Below, piece after piece: positions 13,202-32,537 of a stretch of DNA of 64,000 bases (position 1 is the stretch's first letter; every line of letters starts with the position of its first letter). The notes under the pieces were generated by a model, which had not been told where the DNA came from, searched no databases, and saw only the letters and a list, made by a program, of their open reading frames with translations. The stretch comes from the human T2T-CHM13v2.0 reference genome, Homo sapiens: assembly GCF_009914755.1 (NCBI RefSeq), contig NC_060948.1, one strand, 5' to 3'. Made by a program: the position numbers and the translations under genes.

Positions 13202-15329
13202 AGATCCATATTTTTTAAATGAAAAAAAATTTCCAAGGTACTCTGCTTGGTACAATAATCAAATGTATAAACTGAGGAATAAAACATAACCATGAAACCT
13301 ACTTATAACTGCATATGGAAAATACAGAGGATAATTTTTTAAATAACATATTTTGAAAGCCTTAACTAGTAATTTGAAGAGTTGGCATTTGAAAGGCCAG
13401 TATGAATATACCTTCAAAGCAGCAACCCAGGTTCCCCATGAGAAAAAGCAAACACAGGGGAAATAAAAACACAAATGTTCAATCTCTTCTGACCTTTGAA
13501 AGACACAGCACAGACAGTGGTCCTTAGGACGAAGAGCAGGAGACCCCTAATTCCGTCACCATGGCGATAGGGCATAAACATTGCTGGGTGAGGGCACAAT
13601 CCACATTGTGAGGTCCAACTGCTGCCAGGAAGACAGGAGTGCTTTTACATAGACCGAAAGGTCATTGAAGGCTCAGAGTTTTGTTTCAAGAACTGAATCC
13701 CTAGCCCACACGTTATTAGGCTGCGCTTCTTAAAACAAGTTATGAGATGGGAAAAAGGGCACCCACAAACATACGTATACATTATGTATATAATAATATA
13801 CAGTATCATATATATAATATATATAACCTATGTATAATATTGTTTTACATCCTGCATCTTATGTTATATATATTGTATAAAATATAATAATTGATAATAT
13901 ATAAGTTTTATAATTATACAATATGACATATAGTATATATTATAATTTATGACATATATAATATATGTTATATATCATATATAGAATATATTATACGGTT
14001 AATATACGTATTAAATATAAATTATACATTATATATATTATATATAATATATCTGTTATATATAATACCCATTATGCATAATATATATGTTATGTCTATG
14101 TTATATATAGTATAAAACAACATATAATAATATATAATTGTACATATAAAATGTGACATATAATATATATTATATTTTATAACATATGTAATATATATTA
14201 TATATTATATATAATACGTTGTATGTATAATACCTATATTAAATATATATTATATGACTATGTTATTAATTACATGTCACATGTGTTATATATTATATAT
14301 TTTACATAGAATATACCGGTTACATACAATATATACTATGTTACCTATAATGTATAATTTATTACATGTAAAATAAAGAATGCAATATATTATGTATAAT
14401 TTATAATATACAATATGTGGAATGTGATATATATAACATATAATATATGATATATGATATACAGTATATGATATATAACATACAATATATGATTCCTAAT
14501 ATATATGGTATACAATATATATTTTATGATATGTATTCTATATGTTTTATATTCTGTTATATATAACTATTTGAAATTATATATAACTGTATAATATTTT
14601 ATGTAAATATGTAATATAATATATATAACTATATAATATATTATATATAACTATATATTATGTTATATATACTTTTATAACATAATTTACATAAAATATC
14701 ATAATATAATATATATTATATTATTTCATATTACATAATATATATTACATATCACCCAATATAACTAACATACATAATATTATAATATAGATTATATTGT
14801 GTTATATTAAATATCATATATATCATGTATCATATATTCTATAATATATATTACACATTATATCATATGTATGTTGTCTATTATGTGATATATATAACTC
14901 TATATATAATTATATTTTTATACATATAACTAGATAAACATGTAATTCTACATATTTTCATTTATAATATGTAGAATTATATAATCATATATAATTATTT
15001 ATATTCTATAAAAAATTTTATCATTATATAAATTATAATATATAAAAATTATAATATGTACTACAAATATATATATTATATATCATATATGATATAGTAC
15101 CTTTGTTATATATCATAATACATATAAATGTGTATTATGTTATATATAATTATATAATTTCATATATAAGATATATAATATGTATCATATATTATATATG
15201 TTATGTAATATATACAGTATATATAAGATGACACAGGATAAATATTATATACTATGACATATAAAATATATGAGGTTATATGTTACATATAAGGCATAGC
15301 ACATAACATGTAATATATATCATATATAA

Positions 15330-15621
15330 TTTTTTTTTAGACAGAATCTTGTCCTGTTGCACAAGGTGGGGTACAATGGCGCCATCTTTGCTCACTGCAA
15401 CTTCTGCCTCACGGGTCCAAGCGATTGTCCTCCCTCAGCCTCCCAGGTAGCTGGGACTACACCACACTGGGACTACACCAGCTGCCACCATGCCTAGCTA
15501 ATTTTTTGGATTTTTAGTAGTGACAGCGTTTCACTGTATTGGCCAGGATGGTCTTGATCTCTTCACCTTGTGATCCCCTTGCCTTGGCCTCCAAATTTGC
15601 TGGGATTACAGGCCTGAGCCA
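15330..15621 (-). mobile_element. Alu copy 7 (DYZ2 subunit)
   Basis: Same motifs. Confidence 0.93.
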
Positions 15622-17726
15622 AGATCCATATTTTTTAAATGAAAAAAAATTTCAAAGGTACTCTGCTTGGTACAATAATCAAATGTATAAACTGAGGAAT
15701 AAAACATAACCATGAAACCTACTTATAACTGCATATGGAAAATACAGAGGATAATTTTTTAAATAACATATTTTGAAAGCCTTAACTAGTAATTTGAAGA
15801 GTTGGCATTTGAAAGGCCAGTATGAATATACCTTCAAAGCAGCAACACAGGTTCCCCATGAGAAAAAGCAAACACAGGGGAAATAAAAACACAAAGGTTC
15901 AATCTCTTCTGACCTTTGAAAGACACAGCACAGACAGTGGTCCTTAGGACGAAGAGCAGGAGACCCCTAATTCCGTCACCATGGCGATAGGGCATAAACA
16001 TTGCTGGGTGAGGGCACAATCCACATTGTGAGGTCCAACTGCTGCCAGGAAGACAGGAGTGCTTTTACATAGACCGAAAGGTCATTGAAGGCTCAGAGTT
16101 TTGTTTCAAGAACTGAATCCCAAGCCCACACGTTATTAGGCTGCGCTTCTTAAAACAAGTTATGAGATGGGAAAAAGGGCACCCACAAACATACGTATAC
16201 ATTATGTATATAATAATATACAGTATCATATATATAATATATATAACCTATGTATAATATTGTTTTACATCCTGCATCTTATGTTATATATATTGAATAA
16301 AATATAATAATTGATAATATATAAGTTTTATAATTATACAATATGACATATAGTATATATTATAATTTATGACATATATAATATATGTTATATATCATAT
16401 ATAGAATATATTATACGGTTAATATACGTATTAAATATAAATTATACATTATATATATTATATATAATATATCTGTTATATATAATACCCATTATGCATA
16501 ATATATATGTTATGTCTATGTTATATATAGTATAAAACAACATATAATAATATATAATTGTACATATAAAATGTGACATATAATATATATTATATTTTAT
16601 AACATATGTAATATATATTATATATTATATATAATACGTTGTATGTATAATACCTATATTAAATATATATTATATGACTATGTTATTAATTACATGTCAC
16701 ATGTGTTATATATTATATATTTTACATAGAATATACCGGTTACATACAATATATACTATGTTACCTATAATGTATAATTTATTACATGTAAAATAAAGAA
16801 TGCAATATATTATGTATAATTTATAATATACAATATGTGGAACGTGATATATATAACATATAATATATGATATATGATATACAGTATATGATATATAACA
16901 TACAATATATGATTCCTAATATATATGGTATACAATATATATTTTATGATATGTATTCTATATGTTTTATATTCTGTTATATATAACTATTTGAAATTAT
17001 ATATAACTGTATAATATTTTATGTAAATATGTAATATAATATATATAACTATATAATATATTATATATAACTATATATTATGTTATATATACTTTTATAA
17101 CATAATTTACATAAAATATCATAATATAATATATATTATATTATTTCATATTACATAATATATATTACATATCACCCAATATAACTAACATACATAATAT
17201 TATAATATAGATTATATTGTGTTATATTAAATATCATATATATCATGTATCATATATTCTATAATATATATTACACATTATATCATATGTATGTTGTCTA
17301 TTATGTGATATATATAACTCTATATATAATTATATTTTTATACATATAACTAGATAAACATGTAATTCTACATATTTTCATTTATAATATGTAGAATTAT
17401 ATAATCATATATAATTATTTATATTCTATAAAAAATTTTATCATTATATAAATTATAATATATAAAAATTATAATATGTACTACAAATATATATATTATA
17501 TATCATATATGATATAGTACCTTTGTTATATATCATAATACATATAAATGTGTATTATGTTATCTATAATTATATAATTTCCTATATAAGATATATAATA
17601 TGTATCATATATTATATATGTTATGTAATATATACAGTATTTATAAGATGACACAGGATAAATATTATATACTATGATATATAAAATATATGAGGTTATA
17701 TGTTACATATAAGGCATAGCACATAA

Positions 17727-18041
<315 letters not shown>

Positions 18042-20146
18042 AGATCCATATTTTTTAAATGAAAAAAAATTTCCAAGGTACTCTGCTTGGTACAATAATC
18101 AAATGTATAAACTGAGGAATAAAACATAACCATGAAACCTACTTATAACTGCCTATGGAAAATACAGAGGATAATTTTTTAAATAACATATTTTGAAAGC
18201 CTTAACTAGTAATTTGAAGAGTTGGCATTTGAAAGGCCAGTATGAATATACCTTCAAAGCAGCAACACAGGTTCCCCATGAGAAAAAGCAAACACAGGGG
18301 AAATAAAAACACAAAGGTTCAATCTCTTCTGACCTTTGAAAGACACAGCACAGACAGTGGTCCTTGGGACGAAGAGCAGGAGACCCCTAATTCCGTCACC
18401 ATGGCGATAGGGCATAAACATTGCTGGGTGAGGGCACAATCCACATTCTGAGGTCCAACTGCTGCCAGGAAGACAGGAGTGCTTTTACATAGACCGAAAG
18501 GTCATTGAAGGCTCAGAGTTTTGTTTCAAGAACTGAATCCCAAGCCCACACGTTATTAGGCTGCGCTTCTTAAAACAAGTTATGAGATGGGAAAAAGGGC
18601 ACCCAGAAACATACGTATACATTATGTATATAATAATATACAGTATCATATATATAATATATATAACCTATGTGTAATATTGTTTTACATCCTGCATCTT
18701 ATGTTATATATATTTTATAAAATATAATAATTGATAATATATAAGTTTTATAATTATACAATATGACATATAGTATATATTATAATTTATGACATATATA
18801 ATATATGTTATATATCATATATAGAATATATTATACGGTTAATATACGTATTAAATATAAATTATACATTATATATATTATATATAATATATCTGTTATA
18901 TATAATACCCATTATGCATAATATATATATTATGTCTATGTTATATATAGTATAAAACAACATATAATAATATATAATTGTATATATAAAATGTGACATA
19001 TAATATATATTATATTTTATAACATATGTAATATATATTATATATTATATATAATACGTTGTATGTATAATACCTATATTAAATATATATTATATGACTA
19101 TGTTATTAATTACATGTCACATGTGTTATATATTATATATTTTACATAGAATATACCGGTTACATACAATATATACTATGTTACCTATAATGTATAATTT
19201 ATTACATGTAAAATAAAGAATGCAATATATTATGTATAATTTATAATATACAATATGTGGAATGTGATATATATAACATATAATATATGATATATGATAT
19301 ACAGTATATGATATATAACATACAATATATGATTCCTAATATATATGGTATACAATATATATTTTATGATATGTATTCTATATGTTTTATATTCTGTTAT
19401 ATATAACTATTTGAAATTATATATAACTGTATAATATTTTATGTAAATATGTAATATAATATATATAACTATATAATATATTATATATAACTATATATTA
19501 TGTTATATATGCTTTTATAACATAATTTACATAAAATATCATAATATAATATATATTATATTATTTCATATTACATAATATATATTACATGTCACCCAAT
19601 ATAACTAACATACATAATATTATAATATAGATTATATTGTGTTATATTAAATATCATATATATCATGTATCATATATTCTATAATATATATTACACATTA
19701 TATAATATGTATGTTGTCTATTATGTGATATATATAACTCTATATATAATTATATTTTTATACATATAACTAGATAAACATGTAATTCTACATATTTTCA
19801 TTTATAATATGTAGAATTATATAATCATATATAATTATTTATATTCTATAAAAAATTTTATCATTATATAAATTATAATATATAAAAATTATAATATGTA
19901 CTACAAATATATATATTATATATCATATATGATATAGTACCTTTGTTATATATCATAATACATATAAATGTGTATTATGTTATCTATAATTATATAATTT
20001 CATATATAAGATGTATAATATGTATCATATATTATATATGTTATGTAATATATACAGTATATATAAGATGACACAGGATAAATATTATATACTATGACAT
20101 ATAAAATATATGAGGTTATATGTTACATATAAGGCATAGCACATAA

Positions 20147-20461
<315 letters not shown>

Positions 20462-22582
20462 AGATCCATATTTTTTAAATGAAAAAAAATTTCAAAGGTA
20501 CTCTGCTTGGTACAATAATCAAATGTATAAACTGAGGAATAAAACATAACCATGAAACCTACTTATAACTGCATATGGAAAATACAGAGGATAATTTTTT
20601 AAATAACATATTTTGAAAGCCTTAACTAGTAATTTGAAGAGTTGGCATTTGAAAGGCCAGTATGAATATACCTTCAAAGCAGCAACACAGGTTCCCCATG
20701 AGAAAAAGCAAACACAGGGGAAATAAAAACACAAAGGTTCAATCTCTTCTGACCTTTGAAAGACACAGCACAGACAGTGGTCCTTAGGACGAAGAGCAGG
20801 AGACCCCTAATTCCGTCACCATGGCGATACGGCATAAACATTGCTGGGTGAGGGCACAATCCACATTGTGAGGTCCAACTGCTGCCAGGAAGACAGGAGT
20901 GCTTTTACATAGACCGAAAGGTCATTGAAGGCTCAGAGTTTTGTTTCAAGAACTGAATCCCAAGCCCACACGTTATTAGGCTGCGCTTCTTAAAACAAGT
21001 TATGAGATGGGAAAAAGGGCACCCACAAACATACGTATACATTATGTATATAATAATATACAGTATCATATATATAATATATATAACCTATGTATAATAT
21101 TGTTTTACATCCTGCATCTTATGTTATATATATTATATAAAATATAATAATTGATAATATATAAGTTTTATAATTATACAATATGACATATAGTATATAT
21201 TATAATTTATGACATATATAATATATGTTATATATCATATATAGAATATATTATACGGTTAATATACGTATTAAATATAAATTATACATTATATATATTA
21301 TATGTAATATATCTGTTATATATAATACCCATTATGCATAATATATATATTATGTCTATGTTATATATAGTATAAAACAACATATAATAATATATAATTG
21401 TATATATAAAATGAGACATATAATATATATTATATTTTATAACATATGTAATATATATTATATATAATACGTTGTATGTATAATACCTATATTAAATATA
21501 TATTATATGACTATGTTATTAATTACATGTCACATGTTTTATATATTATATATTTTACATAGAATATACCGGTTACATACAATATATACTATGTTACCTA
21601 TAATGTATAATTTATTACATGTAAAATAAAGAATGCAATATATTATGTAAAATTTATAACATACAATATGTGGAATGTGATATATATAACATATAATATA
21701 TGATATATGATATACAGTATATGATATATAACATACAATATATGATTCCTAATATATATGGTATACAATATATATTTTATGATATGTATTCTATATGTTT
21801 TATATTCTGTTATATATAACTATTAGAAATTACATATAACTGTATAATATTTTATGTAAATATGTAATATAATATATATAACTATATAATATATTATATA
21901 TAACTATATATTATGTTATATATACTTTTATAACATAATTTACATAAAATATCATAATATAATATATATTATATTATTTCATATTACATAATATATATTA
22001 CATATCACCCAATATAACTAACATACATAATATTATAATATAGATTATATTATGTTATATTAAATATCATATATATCATGTATCATATATTCTATAATAT
22101 ATATTATACATTATATAATATGTATGTTGTCTATTATGTGATATATATAACTATATATATAATTATATATTTATACATATAACTAGATAAACATGTAATT
22201 CTACATATTTTCATTTATAATATGTAGAATTATATAATCATATATAATTATTTATATTCTATAAAAAATTTTATCATTATATAAATTATAATATATAAAA
22301 ATTATAATATGTACTACAAATATATATATTATATATCATATATGATATAGTACCTTTGTTATATATCATAATACATATAAATGTGTATTATGTTATCTAT
22401 AATTATATAATTTCATATATAAGATGTATAATATGTATCATATATTATATATGTTATGTAATATATACAGTATATATAAGATGACACAGGATAAATATTA
22501 TATACTATGACATATAAAATATATGAGGTTATATGTTACATATAAGGCATAGCACATAACATGTAATATATATCATATATAA

Positions 22583-22874
22583 TTTTTTTTTAGACAGAAT
22601 CTTGTCCTGTTGCACAGGGTGGGGTACAATGGCGCCATCTTTGCTCACTGCAACTTCTGCCTCACGGGTCAAAGCGATTGTCCTCCCTCAGCCTCCCAGG
22701 TAGCTGGGACTACACCACACTGGGACTACACCAGCTGCCACCATGCCTAGCTAATTTTTTGGATTTTTAGTAGTGACAGCGTTTCACTGTATTGGCCAGG
22801 ATGGTCTTGATCTCTTCACCTTGTGATCCCCTTGCCTTGGCCTCCAAATTTGCTGGGATTACAGGCCTGAGCCA
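22583..22874 (-). mobile_element. Alu copy 10 (DYZ2 subunit)
   Basis: Same motifs; GTCAAAGCG variant shared with copy 6. Confidence 0.93.
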
Positions 22875-25002
22875 AGATCCATATTTTTTAAATGAAAAAA
22901 AATTTCCAAGGTACTCTGCTTGGTACAATAATCAAATGTATAAACTGAGGAATAAAACATAACCATGAAACCTACTTATAACTGCATATGGAAAATACAG
23001 AGGATAATTTTTTAAATAACATATTTTGAAAGCCTTAACTAGTAATTTGAAGAGTTGGCATTTGAAAGGCCAGTATGAATATACCTTCAAAGCAGCAACC
23101 CAGGTTCCCCATGAGAAAAAGCAAACACAGGGGAAATAAAAACACAAATGTTCAATCTCTTCTGACCTTTGAAAGACACAGCACAGACAGTGGTCCTTAG
23201 GACGAAGAGCAGGAGACCCCTAATTCCGTCACCATGGCGATAGGGCATAAACATTGCTGGGTGAGGGCACAATCCACATTGTGAGGTCCAACTGCTGCCA
23301 GGAAGACAGGAGTGCTTTTACATAGACCGAAAGGTCATTGAAGGCTCAGAGTTTTGTTTCAAGAACTGAATCCCAAGCCCACACGTTATTAGGCTGCGCT
23401 TCTTAAAACAAGTTATGAGATGGGAAAAAGGGCACCCACAAACATACGTATACATTATGTATATAATAATATACAGTATCATATATATAATATATATAAC
23501 CTATGTATAATATTGTTTTACATCCTGCATCTTATGTTATATATATTGTATAAAATATAATAATTGATAATATATAAGTTTTATAATTATACAATATGAC
23601 ATATAGTATATATTATAATTTATGACATATATAATATATGTTATATATCATATATAGAATATATTATACGGTTAATATACGTATTAAATATAAATTATAC
23701 ATTATATATATTATATATAATATATCTGTTATATATAATACCCATTATGCATAATATATATGTTATGTCTATGTTATATATAGTATAAAACAACATATAA
23801 TAATATATAATTGTACATATAAAATGTGACATATAATATATATTATATTTTATAACATATGTAATATATATTATATATTATATATAATACGTTGTATGTA
23901 TAATACCTATATTAAATATATATTATATGACTATGTTATTAATTACATGTCACATGTGTTATATATTATATATTTTACATAGAATATACCGGTTACATAC
24001 AATATATACTATGTTACCTATAATGTATAATTGATTACATGTAAAATAAAGAATGCAATATATTATGTATAATTTATAATATACAATATGTGGAATGTGA
24101 TATATATAACATATAATATATGATATATGATATACAGTATATGATATATAACATACAATATATGATTCCTAATATATATGGTATACAATATATATTTTAT
24201 GATATGTATTCTATATGTTTTATATTCTGTTATATATAACTATTTGAAATTATATATAACTGTATAATATTTTATGTAAATATGTAATATAATATATATA
24301 ACTATATAATATATTATATATAACTATATATTATGTTATATATACTTTTATAACATAATTTACATAAAATATCATAATATAATATATATTATATTATTTC
24401 ATATTACATAATATATATTACATATCACCCAATATAACTAACATACATAATATTATAATATAGATTATATTGTGTTATATTAAATATCATATATATCATG
24501 TATCATATATTCTATAATATATATTACACATTATATCATATGTATGTTGTCTATTATGTGATATATATAACTCTATATATAATTATATTTTTATACATAT
24601 AACTAGATAAACATGTAATTCTACATATTTTCATTTATAATATGTAGAATTATATAATCATATATAATTATTTATATTCTATAAAAAATTTTATCATTAT
24701 ATAAATTATAATATATAAAAATTATAATATGTACTACAAATATATATATTATATATCATATATGATATAGTACCTTTGTTATATATCATAATACATATAA
24801 ATGTGTATTATGTTATATATAATTATATAATTTCATATATAAGATGTATAATATGTATCATATATTATATATGTTATGTAATATATACAGTATATATAAG
24901 ATGACACAGGATAAATATTATATACTATGACATATAAAATATATGAGGTTATATGTTACATATAAGGCATAGCACATAACATGTAATATATATCATATAT
25001 AA

Positions 25003-25294
25003 TTTTTTTTTAGACAGAATCTTGTCCTGTTGCACAAGGTGGGGTACAATGGCGCCATCTTTGCTCACTGCAACTTCTGCCTCACGGGTCCAAGCGATTG
25101 TCCTCCCTCAGCCTCCCAGGTAGCTGGGACTACACCACACTGGGACTACACCAGCTGCCACCATGCCTAGCTAATTTTTTGGATTTTTAGTAGTGACAGC
25201 GTTTCACTGTATTGGCCAGGATGGTCTTGATCTCTTCACCTTGTGATCCCCTTGCCTTGGCCTCCAAATTTGCTGGGATTACAGGCCTGAGCCA
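25003..25294 (-). mobile_element. Alu copy 11 (DYZ2 subunit)
   Basis: Same motifs. Confidence 0.93.
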
Positions 25295-27422
25295 AGATCC
25301 ATATTTTTTAAATGAAAAAAAATTTCAAAGGTACTCTGCTTGGTACAATAATCAAATGTATAAACTGAGGAATAAAACATAACCATGAAACCTACTTATA
25401 ACTGCATATGGAAAATACAGAGGATAATTTTTTAAATAACATATTTTGAAAGCCTTAACTAGTAATTTGAAGAGTTGGCATTTGAAAGGCCAGTATGAAT
25501 ATACCTTCAAAGCAGCAACACAGGTTCCCCATGAGAAAAAGCAAACACAGGGGAAATAAAAACACAAAGGTTCAATCTCTTCTGACCTTTGAAAGACACA
25601 GCACAGACAGTGGTCCTTAGGACGAAGAGCAGGAGACCCCTAATTCCGTCACCATGGCGATAGGGCATAAACATTGCTGGGTGAGGGCACAATCCACATT
25701 GTGAGGTCCAACTGCTGCCAGGAAGACAGGAGTGCTTTTACATAGACCGAAAGGTCATTGAAGGCTCAGAGTTTTGTTTCAAGAACTGAATCCCAAGCCC
25801 ACACGTTATTAGGCTGCGCTTCTTAAAACAAGTTATGAGATGGGAAAAAGGGCACCCACAAACATACGTATACATTATGTATATAATAATATACAGTATC
25901 ATATATATAATATATATAACCTATGTATAATATTGTTTTACATCCTGCATCTTATGTTATATATATTGTATAAAATATAATAATTGATAATATATAAGTT
26001 TTATAATTATACAATATGACATATAGTATATATTATAATTTATGACATATATAATATATGTTATATATCATATATAGAATATATTATACGGTTAATATAC
26101 GTATTAAATATAAATTATACATTATATATATTATATATAATATATCTGTTATATATAATACCCATTATGCATAATATATATGTTATGTCTATGTTATATA
26201 TAGTATAAAACAACATATAATAATATATAATTGTACATATAAAATGTGACATATAATATATATTATATTTTATAACATATGTAATATATATTATATATTA
26301 TATATAATACGTTGTATGTATAATACCTATATTAAATATATATTATATGACTATGTTATTAATTACATGTCACATGTGTTATATATTATATATTTTACAT
26401 AGAATATACCGGTTACATACAATATATACTATGTTACCTATAATGTATAATTTATTACATGTAAAATAAAGAATGCAATATATTATGTATAATTTATAAT
26501 ATACAATATGTGGAATGTGATATATATAACATATAATATATGATATATGATATACAGTATATGATATATAACATACAATATATGATTCCTAATATATATG
26601 GTATACAATATATATTTTATGATATGTATTCTATATGTTTTATATTCTGTTATATATAACTATTTGAAATTATATATAACTGTATAATATTTTATGTAAA
26701 TATGTAATATAATATATATAACTATATAATATATTATATATAACTATATATTATGTTATATATACTTTTATAACATAATTTACATAAAATATCATAATAT
26801 AATATATATTATATTATTTCATATTACATAATATATATTACATATCACCCAATATAACTAACATACATAATATTATAATATAGATTATATTGTGTTATAT
26901 TAAATATCATATATATCATGTATCATATATTCTATAATATATATTACACATTATATCATATGTATGTTGTCTATTATGTGATATATATAACTCTATATAT
27001 AATTATATTTTTATACATATAACTAGATAAACATGTAATTCTACATATTTTCATTTATAATATGTAGAATTATATAATCATATATAATTATTTATATTCT
27101 ATAAAAAATTTTATCATTATATAAATTATAATATATAAAAATTATAATATGTACTACAAATATATATATTATATATCATATATGATATAGTACCTTTGTT
27201 ATATATCATAATACATATAAATGTGTATTATGTTATATATAATTATATAATTTCATATATAAGATGTATAATATGTATCATATATTATATATGTTATGTA
27301 ATATATACAGTATATATAAGATGACACAGGATAAATATTATATACTATGACATATAAAATATATGAGGTTATATGTTACATATAAGGCATAGCACATAAC
27401 ATGTAATATATATCATATATAA

Positions 27423-27714
27423 TTTTTTTTTAGACAGAATCTTGTCCTGTTGCACAAGGTGGGGTACAATGGGGCCATCTTTGCTCACTGCAACTTCTGC
27501 CTCACGGGTCCAAGCGATTGTCCTCCCTCAGCCTCCCAGGTAGCTGGGACTACACCACACTGGGACTACACCAGCTGCCACCATGCCTAGCTAATTTTTT
27601 GGATTTTTAGTAGTGACAGCGTTTCACTGTATTGGCCAGGATGGTCTTGATCTCTTCACCTTGTGATCCCCTTGCCTTGGCCTCCAAATTTGCTGGGATT
27701 ACAGGCCTGAGCCA
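27423..27714 (-). mobile_element. Alu copy 12 (DYZ2 subunit)
   Basis: Same motifs; GGGGCC variant. Confidence 0.93.
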
Positions 27715-29812
27715 AGATCCATATTTTTTAAATGAAAAAAAATTTCAAAGGTACTCTGCTTGGTACAATAATCAAATGTATAAACTGAGGAATAAAACAT
27801 AACCATGAAAACTACTTATAACTGCATATGGAAAATACAGAGGATAATTTTTTAAATAACATATTTTGAAAGCCTTAACTAGTAATTTGAAGAGTTGGCA
27901 TTTGAAAGGCCAGTATGAATATACCTTCAAAGCAGCAACACAGGTTCCCCATGAGAAAAAGCAAACACAGGGGAAATAAAAACACAAAGGTTCAATCTCT
28001 TCTGACCTTTGAAAGACACAGCACAGACAGTGGTCCTTAGGACGAAGAGCAGGAGACCCCTAATTCCGTCACCATGGCGATAGGGCATAAACATTGCTGG
28101 GTGAGGGCACAATCCACATTGTGAGGTCCAACTGCTGCCAGGAAGACAGGAGTGCTTTTACATAGACCGAAAGGTCATTGAAGGCTCAGAGCTTTGTTTC
28201 AAGAACTGAATCCCAAGCCCACACGTTATTAGGCTGCGCTTCTTAAAACAAGTTATGAGATGGGAAAAAGGGCACCCACAAACATACGTATACATTATGT
28301 ATATAATAATATACAGTATCATATATATAATATATATAACCTATGTATAATATTGTTTTACATCCTGCATCTTATGTTATATATATTGTATAAAATATAA
28401 TAATTGATAATATATAAGTTTTATAATTATACAATATGACATATAGTATATATTATAATTTATGACATATATAATATATGTTATATATCATATATAGAAT
28501 ATATTATACGGTTAATATACGTATTAAATATAAATTATACATTATATATATTATATATAATATATCTGTTATATATAATACCCATTATGCATAATATATA
28601 TATTATGTCTATATTATATATAGTATAAAACAACATATAATAATATATAATTGTATATATAAAATGCGACATATAATATATATTATATTTTATAACATAT
28701 GTAATATATATTATATATAATACGTTGTATGTATAATACCTATATTAAATATATATTATATGACTATGTTATTAATTACATGTCACATGTGTTATATATT
28801 ATATATTTTACATAGAATATACCGGTTACATACAATATATACTATGTTACCTATAATGTATAATTTATTACATGTAAAATAAAGAATGCAATATATTATG
28901 TAAAATTTATAACATACAATATGTGGAATGTGATATATATAACATATAATATATGATATATGATATACAGTATATGATATATAATATACAATATATGATT
29001 CCTAATATATATGGTATACAATATATATTATATGATATGTATTCTATATGTTTTATATTCTGTTATATATAACTATTTGAAATTACATATAACTGTATAA
29101 TATTTTATGTAAATATGTAATATAATATATATAACTATATAATATATTATATATAACTATATATTATGTTATATATACTTTTATAACATAATTTACATAA
29201 AATATCATAATATAATATATACTATATTATTTCATATTACATAATATATATTACATATCACCCAATATAACTAACATACATAATATTATAATATAGATTA
29301 TATTATGTTATATTAAATATCATATGTATCATGTATCATATATTCTATAATATATATTACACATTATATAATATGTATGTTGTCTATTATGTGATATATA
29401 TAACTATATATATAATAATATATTTATACATATAACTAGATAAACATGCAATTCTACATATTTTCATTTATAATATGTAGAATTATATAATCATATATAA
29501 TTATTTATATTCTATAAAAAATTTTATCATTATATAAATTATAATATATAAAAATTATAATATGTACTACAAATATATATATTATATATCATATATGATA
29601 TAGTACCTTTGTTATATATCATAATACATATAAATGTGTATTATGTTATCTATAATTATATAATTTCATATATAAGATGTATAATATGTATCATATATTA
29701 TATATGTTATGTAATATATACAGTATATATAAGATGACACAGGATAAATATTATATACTATGACATATAAAATATATGAGGTTATATGTTACATATAAGG
29801 CATAGCACATAA

Positions 29813-30127
<315 letters not shown>

Positions 30128-32245
30128 AGATCCATATTTTTTAAATGAAAAAAAATTTCAAAGGTACTCTGCTTGGTACAATAATCAAATGTATAAACTG
30201 AGGAATAAAACATAACCATGAAACCTACTTATAACTGCATATGGAAAATACAGAGGATAATTTTTTAAATAACATATTTTGAAAGCCTTAACTAGTAATT
30301 TGAAGAGTTGGCATTTGAAAGGCCAGTATGAATATACCTTCAAAGCAGCAACACAGGTTCCCCATGAGAAAAAGCAAACACAGGGAAAATAAAACCACAA
30401 AGGTTCAATCTCTTCTGACCTTTGAAAGACACAGCACAGACAGTGGTCCTTAGGACGAAGAGCAGGAGACCCCTAATTCCGTCACCATGGCGATAGGGCA
30501 TAAACATTGCTGGGTGAGGGCACAATCCACATTGTGAGGTCCAACTGCTGCCAGGAAGACAGGAGTGCTTTTACATGGACCGAAAGGTCATTGAAGGCTC
30601 AGAGTTTTGTTTCAAGAACTGAATCCCAAGCCCACACGTTATTAGGCTGCGCTTCTTAAAACAAGTTATGAGATGGGAAAAAGGGCACCCACAAACATAC
30701 GTATACATTATGTATATAATAATATACAGTATCATATATATAATATATATAACCTATGTATAATATTGTTTTACATCATGCATCTTATGTTATATATATT
30801 GTATAAAATATAATAACTGATAATATATAAGTTTTATAATTATACAATACGACATATAGTATATATTATAATTTATGACATATATAATATATGTTATATA
30901 TCATATATAGAATATATTATACGGTTAATATACGTATTAAATTTAAATTATACATTATATATATTATATATAATATATCTGTTATATATAATACCCATTA
31001 TGCATAATATATATATTATGTCTATGTTATATATAGTATAAAACAACATATAATAATATATAATTGTATATATAAAATGCGACATATAATATATATTATA
31101 TTTTATAACATATGTAATATATATTATATATAATACGTTGTATGTATAATACCTATATTAAATATATATTATATGACTATGTTATTAATTACATGTCACA
31201 TGTGTTATATATTATATATTTTACATAGAATATACCGGTTATATACAATATATACTATGTTACCTATAATGTATAATTTATTGCATGTTAAATAAAGAAT
31301 GCAATATATTATGTATAATTTATAATATACAATATGTGGAATGTGATATATATTACATATAATATATGATATATGATATACAGTATATGATATATAACAT
31401 ACAATATATGATTCCTAATACATATGGTATACAATATATATTTTATGATATGTATTCTATATGTTTTATATTCTGTTATATATAACTATTTGAAATTATA
31501 CATAACTGTATAATATTTTATGTAAATATGTAATATAATATATATAACTATATAATATATTATACATAACTATATATTATGTTATATATACTTTTATAAC
31601 ATAATTTAAATAAAATACCATAATATAATATATATTATATTATTTCATATTACATAATATATATTACATATCACCCAATATAAGTAACATACATATTATA
31701 ATATAGATTATATTATGTTATATTAAATATCATATATATCATGAATCATATATTCTATAATATATATTACACATTATATAATATGTATGTTGTCTATTAT
31801 GTGATATATATAACTCTATATATAATTATATTTTTATGCATATAACTAGATAAACATGTAATTCTACATATTTTCATTTATAATATGTAGAATTATATAA
31901 TCATATATAATTATTTATATTCTATAAAAAATTTTATCATTATATAAATTATAATATATAAAAATCAATATATGTACTACAAATATATATATTATATATC
32001 ATATATGATATAGTACCTTTGTTATATATCATAATACATATAAATGTGTATTATGTTATCTATAATTATATAATTTCATATATAAGATGTATAATATGTA
32101 TCATATATTATATATGTTATGTAATATATATAGTATATATAAGATCACACAGGATAAATATTATATACTATGACATATAAAATATATGAGGTTATATGTT
32201 ACATATAAGGCATAGCACATAACATGTAATATATATCATATATAA

Positions 32246-32537
32246 TTTTTTTTTAGACAGAATCTTGTCCTGTTGCACAGGCTGGGGTACAATGGCGCCA
32301 TCTTTGCTCACTGCAACTTCTGCCTCACAGGTCCAAGCGATTGTCCTCCCTCAGCCTCCCAGGTAGCTGGGAATACACCACACTGGGACTACACCAGCTG
32401 CCACCATGCCTAGCTAATTTTTTGGATTTTTAGTAGTGACAGCGTTTCACTGTATTGGCCAGGATGGTCTTGATCTCTTCACCTTGTGATCCCCTTGCCT
32501 TGGCCTCCAAATTTGCTGGGATTACAGGCCTGAGCCA
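32246..32537 (-). mobile_element. Alu copy 14 (DYZ2 subunit)
   Basis: Same motifs with a few private SNVs. Confidence 0.93.
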